DNA of 42,701 nt from positions 1-42,701 of the forward strand of contig CBFIJD010000028.1 in assembly GCA_965662845.1 (NCBI GenBank). The letters are read 5' to 3'. Of this stretch, positions 8,894 through 17,820 are shown piece after piece. Below the pieces are notes generated by a model. That model was not told the origin of the DNA and did not search any database. It saw only the letters and a list, made by a program, of their open reading frames with translations. The first letter of the stretch is position 1; each line of letters opens with the position of its first letter. The translations under genes were made by a program, and so were the position numbers. The stretch is from an uncultured bacterium. GTDB taxonomy: Bacteria; SAR324; NAC60-12.

Positions 8894-9756
8894 AAGGCGT
8901 GATCCTCGCCGCTGGCTACGCCACCCGCTTCCTCCCTGCCTCCAAAACGATCCCTAAAGAGATGTTCCCGCTGATCGACCGCCCGGTGATTGACTTCATC
9001 GTCCAAGAGATGGTCGACTCCGGCATTCAAGACATCCTGCTCGTCTCATCCCGCCGTAAAAAAGTCCTCGAAGATTACTTCGACCGCGAAGTGGAGCTGG
9101 ACTCTGCGTTCACCAACAACAACAAACTTGAGGCGCTGGAGCTGATCAAGCCCACCTCGGCGAACATCTTTACGCTCCGACAGCAGCACATGATGGGCAC
9201 CGGCAACGCCCTCATGCTGGTCGAACCCTTCGTCAACGGCACCCCTTTCGTCGTGGCGTATCCCGATGACATCATCTTAGGCGACCCCCCTCTGACCAAG
9301 CAGCTCATCGACGCCTATGAGCAGACGGGCGACACCATCCTCACCGTCGAGAACTTGCCTCACGAAGACGTCTCGCGCTACGGCGTGATTGCCCCCGCGA
9401 GCGAAGGGACGGTCATGAAGGTGCAGCAGATGGTCGAGAAGCCTGCGCCTGGAACCGAGCCGAGCCGCTTCGCTTCTTACGGTCGCTATCTCTACACACC
9501 AGAAATTTTTGACGCGCTCCGCGCTTCGGATAACTCTCACGAGCGCCAAGGTGAGTTCACCCAGACCGAAGCGATCAACCAGCTCTGTGCCGCAGGCAAG
9601 GTCTCCGCGGTTCAGATGCAAGGCCAGCGCTATGACGTCGGAGAGCCCTTGGGCTACTTGCTCTCAATGCTACAGTTCGGCCTGCAGCAGGAGCGCTTCC
9701 GGCAGCCTTTGCTCGCAGAGATGCAGCGCATGTTGCGGGAGGAGTCGAGGAACTGA
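8890..9756 (+). CDS. galU: UTP--glucose-1-phosphate uridylyltransferase
   Basis: AAGYATRFLPASKTIPKEMFP, LEDYFD, SRYGVI, VEKP, GRYL, RYDVG motifs. Confidence 0.92.
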   Translation: MKGVILAAGYATRFLPASKTIPKEMFPLIDRPVIDFIVQEMVDSGIQDILLVSSRRKKVLEDYFDREVELDSAFTNNNKLEALELIKPTSANIFTLRQQHMMGTGNALMLVEPFVNGTPFVVAYPDDIILGDPPLTKQLIDAYEQTGDTILTVENLPHEDVSRYGVIAPASEGTVMKVQQMVEKPAPGTEPSRFASYGRYLYTPEIFDALRASDNSHERQGEFTQTEAINQLCAAGKVSAVQMQGQRYDVGEPLGYLLSMLQFGLQQERFRQPLLAEMQRMLREESRN

Positions 9757-9824
9757 AGAGGGAATCCGCAGCGCCGGAGCTGGCGCTGTTTGAGGAACGC
9801 AGGGAGGAAGACCGGTGATGAGGC

Positions 9825-10319
9825 TTAACCCAGCGCGGCTTGCTCAAGCAGCGCGTACGCTTCGCAAGTCTCTCGGTCTGGCATGGTGGAGTCAGGGAAC
9901 CACTGTTGAATGCGACACTCTGGGTCACAGCCCTTCTCCCAGGGGAAGCGGTTGTGGTCGTCAGGCCAGATGAGCCGCAACCGCCCGTTAGTCAGCGGCT
10001 CGCCGTGCGGGTTGAGGGGGTTTTCTACCAAGATCAGCGGGACATCATCCACGATGTCTTCCAGCTTGCAGTTGGCCCCAAACCTCTCGCCTCCCAACAC
10101 CCTGCGAGCCAGCGCGTTCAGCAACATCGCCGCGACCTCTTCGTTCAGCCCGATGATCTCGATTTCGGGGTGTTCATAGCCCCAGCTCAGCCCGACCGTG
10201 TGCGTGAAGAGCTCTCCACGATAAATCGTCGAAACCACGCTCCAACCATAGCGATCCAAGTCTTGGCGTAACTTCGCATAGACAACGTCGCGGCTGGGAA
10301 AGTCGGCTGATTCTTGCAT
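9825..10319 (-). CDS. DUF4262-like protein
   Basis: YGWSVV...FTHTVGL....HPEI.IIGL......LLN and L.WPD...RFPWE motifs. Start uncertain (10319 or 10379). Confidence 0.75.
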   Translation of the reverse strand: MQESADFPSRDVVYAKLRQDLDRYGWSVVSTIYRGELFTHTVGLSWGYEHPEIEIIGLNEEVAAMLLNALARRVLGGERFGANCKLEDIVDDVPLILVENPLNPHGEPLTNGRLRLIWPDDHNRFPWEKGCDPECRIQQWFPDSTMPDRETCEAYALLEQAALG

Positions 10320-10399
10320 GTTGTTTGTCGGTAGAAGTGAGCGTTGAGGATTCGGGCCAGCATGAAACATGTATGCCACAACACAATGGAGAGGTCGAG

Positions 10400-10756
10400 A
10401 TGACCGCTGAAGTCAAAAAACGTCGCATCAACTGGTATCGCAGTGAGAGCGTCACTAATTTTTATCCGCAGTACTCCGCGGATGAAGGTGTGCGCCGAGA
10501 TTTAGTCTCCCCCATCGCGCCTGTGCAACCGACAGAGTTTCAGCGCGTAGAGCCTCGCTACCAGCTGTCGATGTCAGAGACGCGCGACACGGGTCTCGGT
10601 CCGATGTTCCTAGAGACGGAGTATCCCACTCCCGCACAGCGTCAACGTGGCGCCGTCTCCGCGCGCCCTGAGAAGCGTCCTCCACCAGAGCCAGAGCCGC
10701 TGTTTCAACGCCCCGAACATCCCCGCAAGAAAGTCCGCACAGACAAGTGGGGATAG
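10400..10756 (+). CDS. Hypothetical protein, Pro/Arg-rich
   Basis: GGAGAGG RBS before ATG 10400; fills the gap between the DUF4262 and LysR genes; its stop abuts the LysR stop. Confidence 0.55.
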   Translation: MTAEVKKRRINWYRSESVTNFYPQYSADEGVRRDLVSPIAPVQPTEFQRVEPRYQLSMSETRDTGLGPMFLETEYPTPAQRQRGAVSARPEKRPPPEPEPLFQRPEHPRKKVRTDKWG

Positions 10757-11632
10757 TCACGTCTCCGCTGCTCGAAAATACTCCCACACAGCCTGAGCGA
10801 CTGGGCCGCGCTCCCGATGAAATCTCCGCAACAGATAGACCGAGTTCGTCAGCAGCGGGCAAACGTCCTCGGGCAACTTGACCAACGCCCCTCCCTCCAG
10901 CGCTTCCTTGACCCAAAATTCGGGCATCCTCCCCCAGCCGATCCCGCGCTTGAGCATCTCCAACTTCAAGGACAGGTCGCTGACCGTCCAGCGGCGGCCC
11001 CGCTCCAAGACGCCGATGCTGCGGCGCTCTCCCCGCAGGCGTGAGTCGCGCACCACCACCTGAATCGTGTTCTCCAGCGCTTCCAACGTCAGCGGTTTTG
11101 GCAGCGTCTCCCAAAGCGCCGGCGCCGCGACCGGAACCATCCGCACGTCGAAGAGCTTGACGCGCTCCAGCTCCGCGACCTCTTCAGGCAGCGGTCCCAG
11201 CGCGATGTGCGAGGTGCCGTCTAGCAGGCGCTCCAATGCCCCGGAGACGTACTCGAACGAGAGCTGCAGCCGCGTGTGCGGAAACTGCCTCTCGAAAAAC
11301 GCCAAGAAGTCCAGCACGAGCGGCAGAGGACAGAGCGCGTCGAAGACGACGAACAGCTCGGCTTCCACCTCGGTTGCCAAGATTTGGCTCATGCTCTCTA
11401 GCTGCTCCGCTTGCGCCAGCACTCTCCGCGCTTGCTGCCAGATCCGCTCTCCCTTGGGAGTCAGCTTCGGGCGATATTGGCTGCGGTCAAACACTTGGAA
11501 CCCAAACTCTTCTTCTAGGTTGCGCATCGCGACGCTGAGAGTCGGCTGGGTGCGATGGAGCGATTCGGCGGCGGCGCGGAAGCTCCCGGTGCTGGCGATT
11601 GCGTCTAAAATCACAAGTTGGTCCAACGTCAT
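10757..11632 (-). CDS. LysR-family transcriptional regulator
   Basis: MTLDQL...GSFRAAAESLHRTQPTLS.A.RNLEEEFG..VFDRS helix-turn-helix; divergent from the pirin gene. Confidence 0.95.
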   Translation of the reverse strand: MTLDQLVILDAIASTGSFRAAAESLHRTQPTLSVAMRNLEEEFGFQVFDRSQYRPKLTPKGERIWQQARRVLAQAEQLESMSQILATEVEAELFVVFDALCPLPLVLDFLAFFERQFPHTRLQLSFEYVSGALERLLDGTSHIALGPLPEEVAELERVKLFDVRMVPVAAPALWETLPKPLTLEALENTIQVVVRDSRLRGERRSIGVLERGRRWTVSDLSLKLEMLKRGIGWGRMPEFWVKEALEGGALVKLPEDVCPLLTNSVYLLRRFHRERGPVAQAVWEYFRAAET

Positions 11633-11634
11633 TT

Positions 11635-11651
11635 GATACTCAAAATCTATC
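11635..11651. promoter_or_regulatory. LysR recognition site (T-N11-A)
   Basis: GATA-CTCAAAATC-TATC dyad in the AT-rich lysR/pirin divergent spacer. Confidence 0.55.
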
Positions 11652-11758
11652 TTTTTAAGCGATTAAAAATAATTTTTATCTATCATTCAGGAGCGTATCG
11701 TAGTCCCCAGTTCACAGCAATCTCTTCGGTTTTTCCGCAACAACTCCTAGGAGACGCC

Positions 11759-12460
11759 ATGCTTCAAGTGCGACCGTCCCACGAGCGCGGCAACGTCGCG
11801 ATGGGTTGGCTTCAGAGCAAGCACACCTTCTCGTTTGGACACTACTTTGACCCCAAGCACATGGGCTTTCATCAACTGCGCGTCATCAACGAAGACCGCG
11901 TGCAGGCTGGGACAGGCTTCGACCCGCATCCACACCGCGACATGGAGATCATTTCGTATGTGATCGCTGGCGCCTTGGAGCACCGAGACAGCATGGGCAA
12001 CACCGACCTCATCCAAGCGGGCGATGTGCAGCGCATGAGCGCGGGGACCGGCGTGGTGCACAGCGAATACAACCCTTCAGCGAAAGTGGACAATCATTTC
12101 TTGCAAATTTGGATTCTGCCCGAAAAGAAAAACCTCCCGCCCAGCTATGAACAGCAGCACTTCGGCGACCCCCTCCTCAACCAGTGGCGGTTGCTAGTGT
12201 CTCCCGACGCCGCCGAGGCTTCGCTCAAGATTCATCAGCAAGCCCGCTTGTATGACGCCCAGCTCAACGCTGACGCTCCCCTCTCGTTTTCCACCACGGC
12301 GGGCCGAGCGTACTGGTTGCAGCTCCTTCGTGGCGAGGCTCAGGTGCAGGAGCAGCCTCTTCACGCGGGGGACGGTCTCGCCATCGAGCAAGAACCCGAG
12401 ATCCGCTTGACCACTCCCAGCAACGCGCAAGTGCTGCTGTTTGAACTCACTATCTCTTAA
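11759..12460 (+). CDS. Pirin-family protein (YhhW-like)
   Basis: GWLQSKHTFSF..Y.DP..MGF..LRVINED, HPHRDMEIISYV, MSAGTGVVHSEYN; AGGAGA RBS. Confidence 0.93.
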   Translation: MLQVRPSHERGNVAMGWLQSKHTFSFGHYFDPKHMGFHQLRVINEDRVQAGTGFDPHPHRDMEIISYVIAGALEHRDSMGNTDLIQAGDVQRMSAGTGVVHSEYNPSAKVDNHFLQIWILPEKKNLPPSYEQQHFGDPLLNQWRLLVSPDAAEASLKIHQQARLYDAQLNADAPLSFSTTAGRAYWLQLLRGEAQVQEQPLHAGDGLAIEQEPEIRLTTPSNAQVLLFELTIS

Positions 12461-12486
12461 CCTCAGATTCGCTTTGGAGAGCTGCG

Positions 12487-13050
12487 ATGCAAAAACCTGC
12501 TGAAACGTCCTTGCCTATTTTAGATGTGATCCGCGACCGCTGGAGCCCCGTCGCGTTCAGTGACCGCGCGATTGAGCTGGAGACGATAAGCACGTTGCTG
12601 GAGGCGATGCGCTGGGCACCGTCTTGTTTCAACGAGCAACCTTGGCGCCTGCTCGTCACCCAGAAGGGAGACGCTCGCCACGAGAAATTATTGGGCACGC
12701 TTGTGGACGCCAACGCTGCGTGGGCGCAACAGGCCGCGGTCTTGCTGCTGGCGTGCGCCAAAACCACCTTCACGCGCAACGGGGCCCCCAACCGGCACGC
12801 GGGCTATGACCTAGGGATGGGCATCGCGCATTTGTCTCTGCAAGCCACAGCAATGGGGCTGTTTCTGCACCAGATGGGCGGATTTGACGCCGAAGCCGCG
12901 CGGCGTCACCTCGAGCTGGGAGACGATATTGAACCGTACGCCGTGATCGCGCTCGGCTATCCCGGAGAGGTCGCAGCGCTCCCAGAGGGCCTCCGCACTC
13001 GCCAGCAGAGCCCGCGTCAACGCAACGCAGTCGCCGATTGGCTGCTCTAA
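12487..13050 (+). CDS. Nitroreductase-family protein
   Basis: RWSP.AFS, EA.RWAPS.FNEQPWR, HQMGGFD, IALGYPG. Confidence 0.92.
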   Translation: MQKPAETSLPILDVIRDRWSPVAFSDRAIELETISTLLEAMRWAPSCFNEQPWRLLVTQKGDARHEKLLGTLVDANAAWAQQAAVLLLACAKTTFTRNGAPNRHAGYDLGMGIAHLSLQATAMGLFLHQMGGFDAEAARRHLELGDDIEPYAVIALGYPGEVAALPEGLRTRQQSPRQRNAVADWLL

Positions 13051-13084
13051 ACCCACAACTCTCACCAAGGAAAAAGAGGCAGCC

Positions 13085-14071
13085 ATGGGACGACTCATCA
13101 AAGGCCAGTGGCACGACCAGTGGTATGACACTGAAGCGACACAGGGCGAGTTTCAGCGCGAGACCGCGCAACTCCGCAGCTGGGTCGCTCCTGACGGTTC
13201 GGCGGGCCCCTCCGGCAACGCAGGCTTCCGCGCTGAGAGCGGGCGCTATCACTTGTATGTCTCGCTGGCGTGCCCGTGGGCGCACCGCGCGTTGATCTTT
13301 CGGGCGCTCAAAGACTTAGAAGCGCACATCTCGGTCTCGGTGGTGAGCCCTGACATGCTGGAGCACGGCTGGACGTTCCGTACCGAGGAAGGCAGCACCG
13401 GCGACGCGCTGTTCAACGCCGACTACCTGCACCAGCTCTACACCCGCAACAAAGCCGACTACAGCGGGCGCGTGACGGTCCCTGTGCTGTGGGATCGGGA
13501 GCAGCGCTGCATCGTCAGCAACGAGTCCTCCGAGATCATTCGGATGTTCAACTCTGCTTTCAATGCGTTGACCGGCAACACGCTGGACTTCTACCCCGAA
13601 GAGTTCCAGCGACGCATCCACGAGCTGAACGATTTGGTGTATGAGAACATCAACAACGGCGTCTATCGCTGCGGCTTTGCGACCACTCAAGCAGCTTATG
13701 TGCACTCCTACCGCCGCTTGTTTGAGGCGCTCGATCAAGTCGAAGACCTGTTGCGTCAGAACCGCTACCTGACAGGCCCACAAATCACGGAAGCGGATTG
13801 GCGGCTCTTCACGACCCTCATCCGCTTCGACGCGGTCTATCACGGACACTTCAAGTGCAATCGTCAGCGCTTGGAAGACTTCCCCCACCTCTCTGGTTAC
13901 GTCCGCGAGCTTTACCAGTGGCCTGGTGTCGCAGAGACCGTCGATTTCTATCACATCAAGCGGCACTACTACTTTAGCCACACGATGATCAACCCCACGC
14001 AAGTCGTGCCGGTCGGCCCAGACATTGACTACACCCGCCCTCATGGGCGCGACCACCTCCCTGCCGCTTAG
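13085..14071 (+). CDS. yqjG: Glutathionyl-hydroquinone reductase (Xi/Omega-class glutathione S-transferase)
   Basis: RYHLYVSLACPWAHR active site, RVTVPVLWD, NESSEIIRM, INNGVY..GFA, HIKRHYY.SH..INP. Confidence 0.93.
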   Translation: MGRLIKGQWHDQWYDTEATQGEFQRETAQLRSWVAPDGSAGPSGNAGFRAESGRYHLYVSLACPWAHRALIFRALKDLEAHISVSVVSPDMLEHGWTFRTEEGSTGDALFNADYLHQLYTRNKADYSGRVTVPVLWDREQRCIVSNESSEIIRMFNSAFNALTGNTLDFYPEEFQRRIHELNDLVYENINNGVYRCGFATTQAAYVHSYRRLFEALDQVEDLLRQNRYLTGPQITEADWRLFTTLIRFDAVYHGHFKCNRQRLEDFPHLSGYVRELYQWPGVAETVDFYHIKRHYYFSHTMINPTQVVPVGPDIDYTRPHGRDHLPAA

Positions 14072-14131
14072 CGCTCCCCACGCGCGCTGCGTTCAGACAT
14101 GACGGCGCGCACCTCCCTCTCCGGAGGTCTT
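14063..14131 (+). repeat. Left copy of a 69-bp direct repeat; includes the yqjG stop codon and downstream hairpin
   Basis: 63/69 identical to 30407-30475 by manual alignment. Confidence 0.92.
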
Positions 14132-14136
14132 TTCCT

Positions 14137-14529
14137 TGCAAACCTTTGCACAGAATTCTCCTCAACTCAAATTTCCTGCTGAGCGCTACGTTTTTGCAAA
14201 AAAACGGTTCACAACTGCTGTGAAATAAAAATTTTTATTGAATGATTTCAATAACTTTTTTACTTATCAGCGACCGTTCTTGAGACTACTATATTCAAAG
14301 TCATTGATGAGCAAACATTCTCATATAATTTTGATAGACAAAAATTTTATGCAAACGCTTGCGTATATATTTTTGTTGTGCAAAAACATTATCACCTTGC
14401 AAGTGATGAAGGAGATTTTTGCAGCAAGAGCTGATCTACTGTGTCAGTGAAGCGCTAAGGGATCTCAGAGAATTCCGCTTCTCCGTCAGGTAATAAGTGG
14501 AGTTTCATCGCATCATGCAACCGTTTGCT
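14137..14529. promoter_or_regulatory. AT-rich promoter region with three LacI-family operator palindromes
   Basis: TGCAAACCTTTGCA (14137-14150), TGCAAACGCTTGCG (14350-14363), TGCAACCGTTTGCT (14516-14529); consensus TGCAAACGTTTGCA. Confidence 0.75.
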
Positions 14530-14613
14530 TGAACGAGGCGGGTGCCGCGATTCAGCGAAACCAGCAGTCAACACAGGTTGATTGCTAAAAAATAATATTT
14601 ATCGGAGGTGTGC

Positions 14614-15567
14614 ATGCAGTTTTCAGTCAAGAGCTTCTTGAGCGTGTTGGCCGCGAGCCTCATTTTGAGCGCTCCTGTTTGGGCGGGAGGGCACAACAAA
14701 GTCCGGATTGGGATCACGCAAAATCACGTTGGGATCGATAGTTATCAGACCACTTATGAGAAGGCCTTCATCGAAGCCGCCGAAGCCAATGACCGCGCAG
14801 AGACGGTTGTGCTGGACGCCGGCGGAGATGTCGCTCGCCAAATCGGACAGATGCGAGACCTCATTCAGCAAAAGGTCGATGTCATCATCATTTGGCCAAC
14901 CAACGGAAAGGCGGTTGTGCCGGTCGTACGCCAAGCCAACCGCGCTGGCATCCCTGTCGTCGTGACCAACTCACAGGTCGCTCCTGAAGGGCAAGAGTTC
15001 ATCGCGGCCTTCTCTGGTCCTGATAACATCAAGCAAGGAATTTACTCCGCAGAGATGATGTGTGACGCGCTGCAAGGCAGAGGGCAGATCGTACAGATCA
15101 CTGGCATGCCTGGCTACACCACCGCCATTGAGCGCCAAAAAGGGTTTGACGATCGCCTCGCCGAAGCCTGCCCAGGGGTCACCCAGATCGAAATTCAGCC
15201 CGGCAACTGGAACCGTGAGAAAGCCCAGACGGTGATGGAGACCTTTCTGACCAAGTACGACAACATTGATGGCGTGTACTCTGGTGACGACAACATGGGG
15301 GCTGGAGCATTGAACGCGGCGAAGGCTGCCGGGCGTGCAGATGAGATCGTGTTCATTGGCGCGACGAACTTCGCGGTCGGCTACGAAGCCATGGAGCGAG
15401 GTGAGTACTACGGCTCGATTTACCAATCCCCCGTCGATGACGCTCGCAACGCGCTACAAACCGCCATCGACATTGCTGACGGCAAAGAAGTCCCCAAACT
15501 GAACTACTTCGACACACCAAAGATCACGCGCGGTGTGATGGATCAATACACGAAGCCAGTCTTCTAA
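14614..15567 (+). CDS. Sugar ABC transporter substrate-binding protein (RbsB-like)
   Basis: Signal peptide; DAGGD...Q...DLIQQKVD.III.P, AGIPVV, GNWNRE.A...ME; GGAGG RBS. Confidence 0.92.
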   Translation: MQFSVKSFLSVLAASLILSAPVWAGGHNKVRIGITQNHVGIDSYQTTYEKAFIEAAEANDRAETVVLDAGGDVARQIGQMRDLIQQKVDVIIIWPTNGKAVVPVVRQANRAGIPVVVTNSQVAPEGQEFIAAFSGPDNIKQGIYSAEMMCDALQGRGQIVQITGMPGYTTAIERQKGFDDRLAEACPGVTQIEIQPGNWNREKAQTVMETFLTKYDNIDGVYSGDDNMGAGALNAAKAAGRADEIVFIGATNFAVGYEAMERGEYYGSIYQSPVDDARNALQTAIDIADGKEVPKLNYFDTPKITRGVMDQYTKPVF

Positions 15568-15738
15568 TCGTTCCTCTCCTGATGGATAGAGTTGGGTTGT
15601 GGTGGACTGATGTACTCCACGACAATCCCCGCCCGCCTGAGCGCATCAGGTTGTTTGTCAGGCTTGGCTTCTCCTCCCACCAAGCCTGGCAACGCTCACC
15701 CCACTCCGCGACTAACCCACAAAACAGATGGCGGTGCC

Positions 15739-16800
15739 ATGGGTACTTCGACACAGCGAACCTCCGGCTCAACAGAAAAGGTCCGTGTGAACCCAGCAGA
15801 ACAGCATAAGTCTGGTCGCTTCTCGCTACCTGCATTACACGATGTGGAAATCGGTAAACTGCTCGCGAAACAAGGTATCCTCATCGCCTTCGCGATCGCG
15901 ATGGTGATCTTTACGATGGCTTCGGATCGTTTCCTCTCTCTCGACAACTTCTCCAGCGTCATCCGCCAAGCCTCGATCATTGGCATCATGGCGATCGGCG
16001 TCACCATCGTCGTGATCAGCGGGCACCTCGACCTCTCCGTCGGTTCTATGCTCTCCTTCGCCACCATCCTCGTCGTCGATCTGCACGACAAAATCGGAGC
16101 GGGCCCCGCCATGCTGGTCTCGTTTGCGCTCACGCTTGGGCTGGGCCTGATAAACGGCGTCCTAGTCGGAGTGCTGCGACTCAACGCGCTGATTGTCACG
16201 CTCGGCATGCTATCAGCGATTCAAGGCTTCACGCTGATTTACAGCGGCGGCAAAAACGCGGACATCGTGAACCAAGCAGAGACCTGGTTCTCTATTTTCG
16301 GACGCGGTGAGATTGCCGGCATTGGTGTCCCCATCTTTCTCTTCATCGGGCTGGCGATCCTCTTTGAGCTGCTCTTGCGCGGGACGAACTTCGGCCGACG
16401 GATCTACGCGATTGGCAGCAACCGCTCGGCGGCTGTCTATTCAGGAATCGACCGCGCGCGCACCGTGATGATGGCATATCTCATCTCAGCCTTCTGTACA
16501 TGGTGCGCTGCCATCGTAATGGGCAGCCGGGTGATGGGATCGCAAAACACCGTCGGTAAGGGATACGAGCTGCTCGTCTTGGCAGGCATCATTGTCGGCG
16601 GCGCGAGCCTGCTCGGTGGCTCAGGGAACATCACCAAAACTGTGATCGGCGTCTTGCTGCTCGGCTTTATTCAAAACGGCTTGCTGCTGATTGGTTACTC
16701 TTACTGGACGCAGTGGCTCGTGACATGGGTCGTCATCATCGTCGCGGTCTGGTTAGACGTCGCAGCCCGCCGTGGGCGCTTCCTCTCACCTCACGCGTAA
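15739..16800 (+). CDS. Sugar ABC transporter permease 1 (RbsC-like)
   Basis: G.T.VVISG.LDLSVGS, LIVTLG, FGR.IYAIG.N..AA..SGI, GYEL..LAG..VGG.SL.GG.G. Start uncertain. Confidence 0.9.
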   Translation: MGTSTQRTSGSTEKVRVNPAEQHKSGRFSLPALHDVEIGKLLAKQGILIAFAIAMVIFTMASDRFLSLDNFSSVIRQASIIGIMAIGVTIVVISGHLDLSVGSMLSFATILVVDLHDKIGAGPAMLVSFALTLGLGLINGVLVGVLRLNALIVTLGMLSAIQGFTLIYSGGKNADIVNQAETWFSIFGRGEIAGIGVPIFLFIGLAILFELLLRGTNFGRRIYAIGSNRSAAVYSGIDRARTVMMAYLISAFCTWCAAIVMGSRVMGSQNTVGKGYELLVLAGIIVGGASLLGGSGNITKTVIGVLLLGFIQNGLLLIGYSYWTQWLVTWVVIIVAVWLDVAARRGRFLSPHA

Positions 16801-16809
16801 GGAGAACCC

Positions 16810-17820
16810 ATGGTCGCTCAAATTCTCACGCGCTTCTTTCTGCGGAACCCCATTTGGGGCTTCGTGGCGCTCGTCTTCCTCTTCTTTAGCGTCGCGGCAA
16901 ACAACTTCTTCGATATCCAAAACTTTCAGAACGTGCTCATTCAGACCTCGACGCTCGGCATCATCGCGCTGGGGATGACGCTGGTCATGATCAACGGGAA
17001 CATCGACCTCTCCGTCGGAGCAATCCTCGCGATGGCGGCGGTGTTGATGGTGGACATCCCCTCGTGGCCTGTGATGCAAGGGCTTGGCGACTGGAGTCTA
17101 GTGGTCGCGCTCCTCATTACGATCGCCGCAGGTTGTGCGCTCGGGGGCTTGAACGGCTTCCTCGTCTGGAAGACGGGAGTGAACGCGTTCATTGTCACCC
17201 TCGGCGCGATGATCGGCATCCGTGGGTTGGTCTTCGTGTACACCGAAGAGCAGTCTTTTTACGCGATGAATTTTCTCTTCTCTGACTTAGGCATGAGCTC
17301 CATCACGCTGGCCACCCTCAACGAGACCAGCATCGGCTTGCCCTCCATCGCCGCGCTCTTCCTTGTGCTCGTCGTACTCGTGCACTTGCTGCTCACCAAA
17401 ACCGTCCACGGGCGAAACTGCTTCGCCGTCGGAGGGAACCCCGACGCAGCGGTAAACGCCGGCATCAAAATCGGACCGCACCTCCTCTGGAATTTCATCT
17501 TGCTCGGCGGGCTCTCCGCTTTGGCCGGCGTGACGCTCAGTTCCCAGATGGGAGCCGCGACACCAAATCTAGGGCGTGACTACGAGCTGTGGGTGATCAC
17601 GGCGGTGGTGCTAGGTGGAACCAAACTCGCTGGCGGAGCCGGCTCCATCACGGGGACGCTGGGTGGAGTGCTCGCCATCGGTATTTTGCGCAACGGCATG
17701 AACATGATGCAGGTGCCCTCCTTCTACGTCTATGTTGTGCTCGGCTTCATTCTCATCTCCGTCTTGCTACTCGATCAGCAGCTCACTCGGCGCCAAGCCT
17801 TCCAAGAGGCCCGCGTATGA
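16810..17820 (+). CDS. Sugar ABC transporter permease 2 (RbsC-like)
   Basis: GMTLVMI.GNIDLSVG, FIVTLG, AVGGN..AA..AGI, YEL.VITAVVLGGT.L.GG.G; AAGGAG RBS. Confidence 0.93.
   Translation: MVAQILTRFFLRNPIWGFVALVFLFFSVAANNFFDIQNFQNVLIQTSTLGIIALGMTLVMINGNIDLSVGAILAMAAVLMVDIPSWPVMQGLGDWSLVVALLITIAAGCALGGLNGFLVWKTGVNAFIVTLGAMIGIRGLVFVYTEEQSFYAMNFLFSDLGMSSITLATLNETSIGLPSIAALFLVLVVLVHLLLTKTVHGRNCFAVGGNPDAAVNAGIKIGPHLLWNFILLGGLSALAGVTLSSQMGAATPNLGRDYELWVITAVVLGGTKLAGGAGSITGTLGGVLAIGILRNGMNMMQVPSFYVYVVLGFILISVLLLDQQLTRRQAFQEARV

Noticed and set aside
14238..14450. 70-aa AT-rich ORF
   Set aside because: It spans the promoter/operator region, has a TTG start with no RBS, and has atypical composition.
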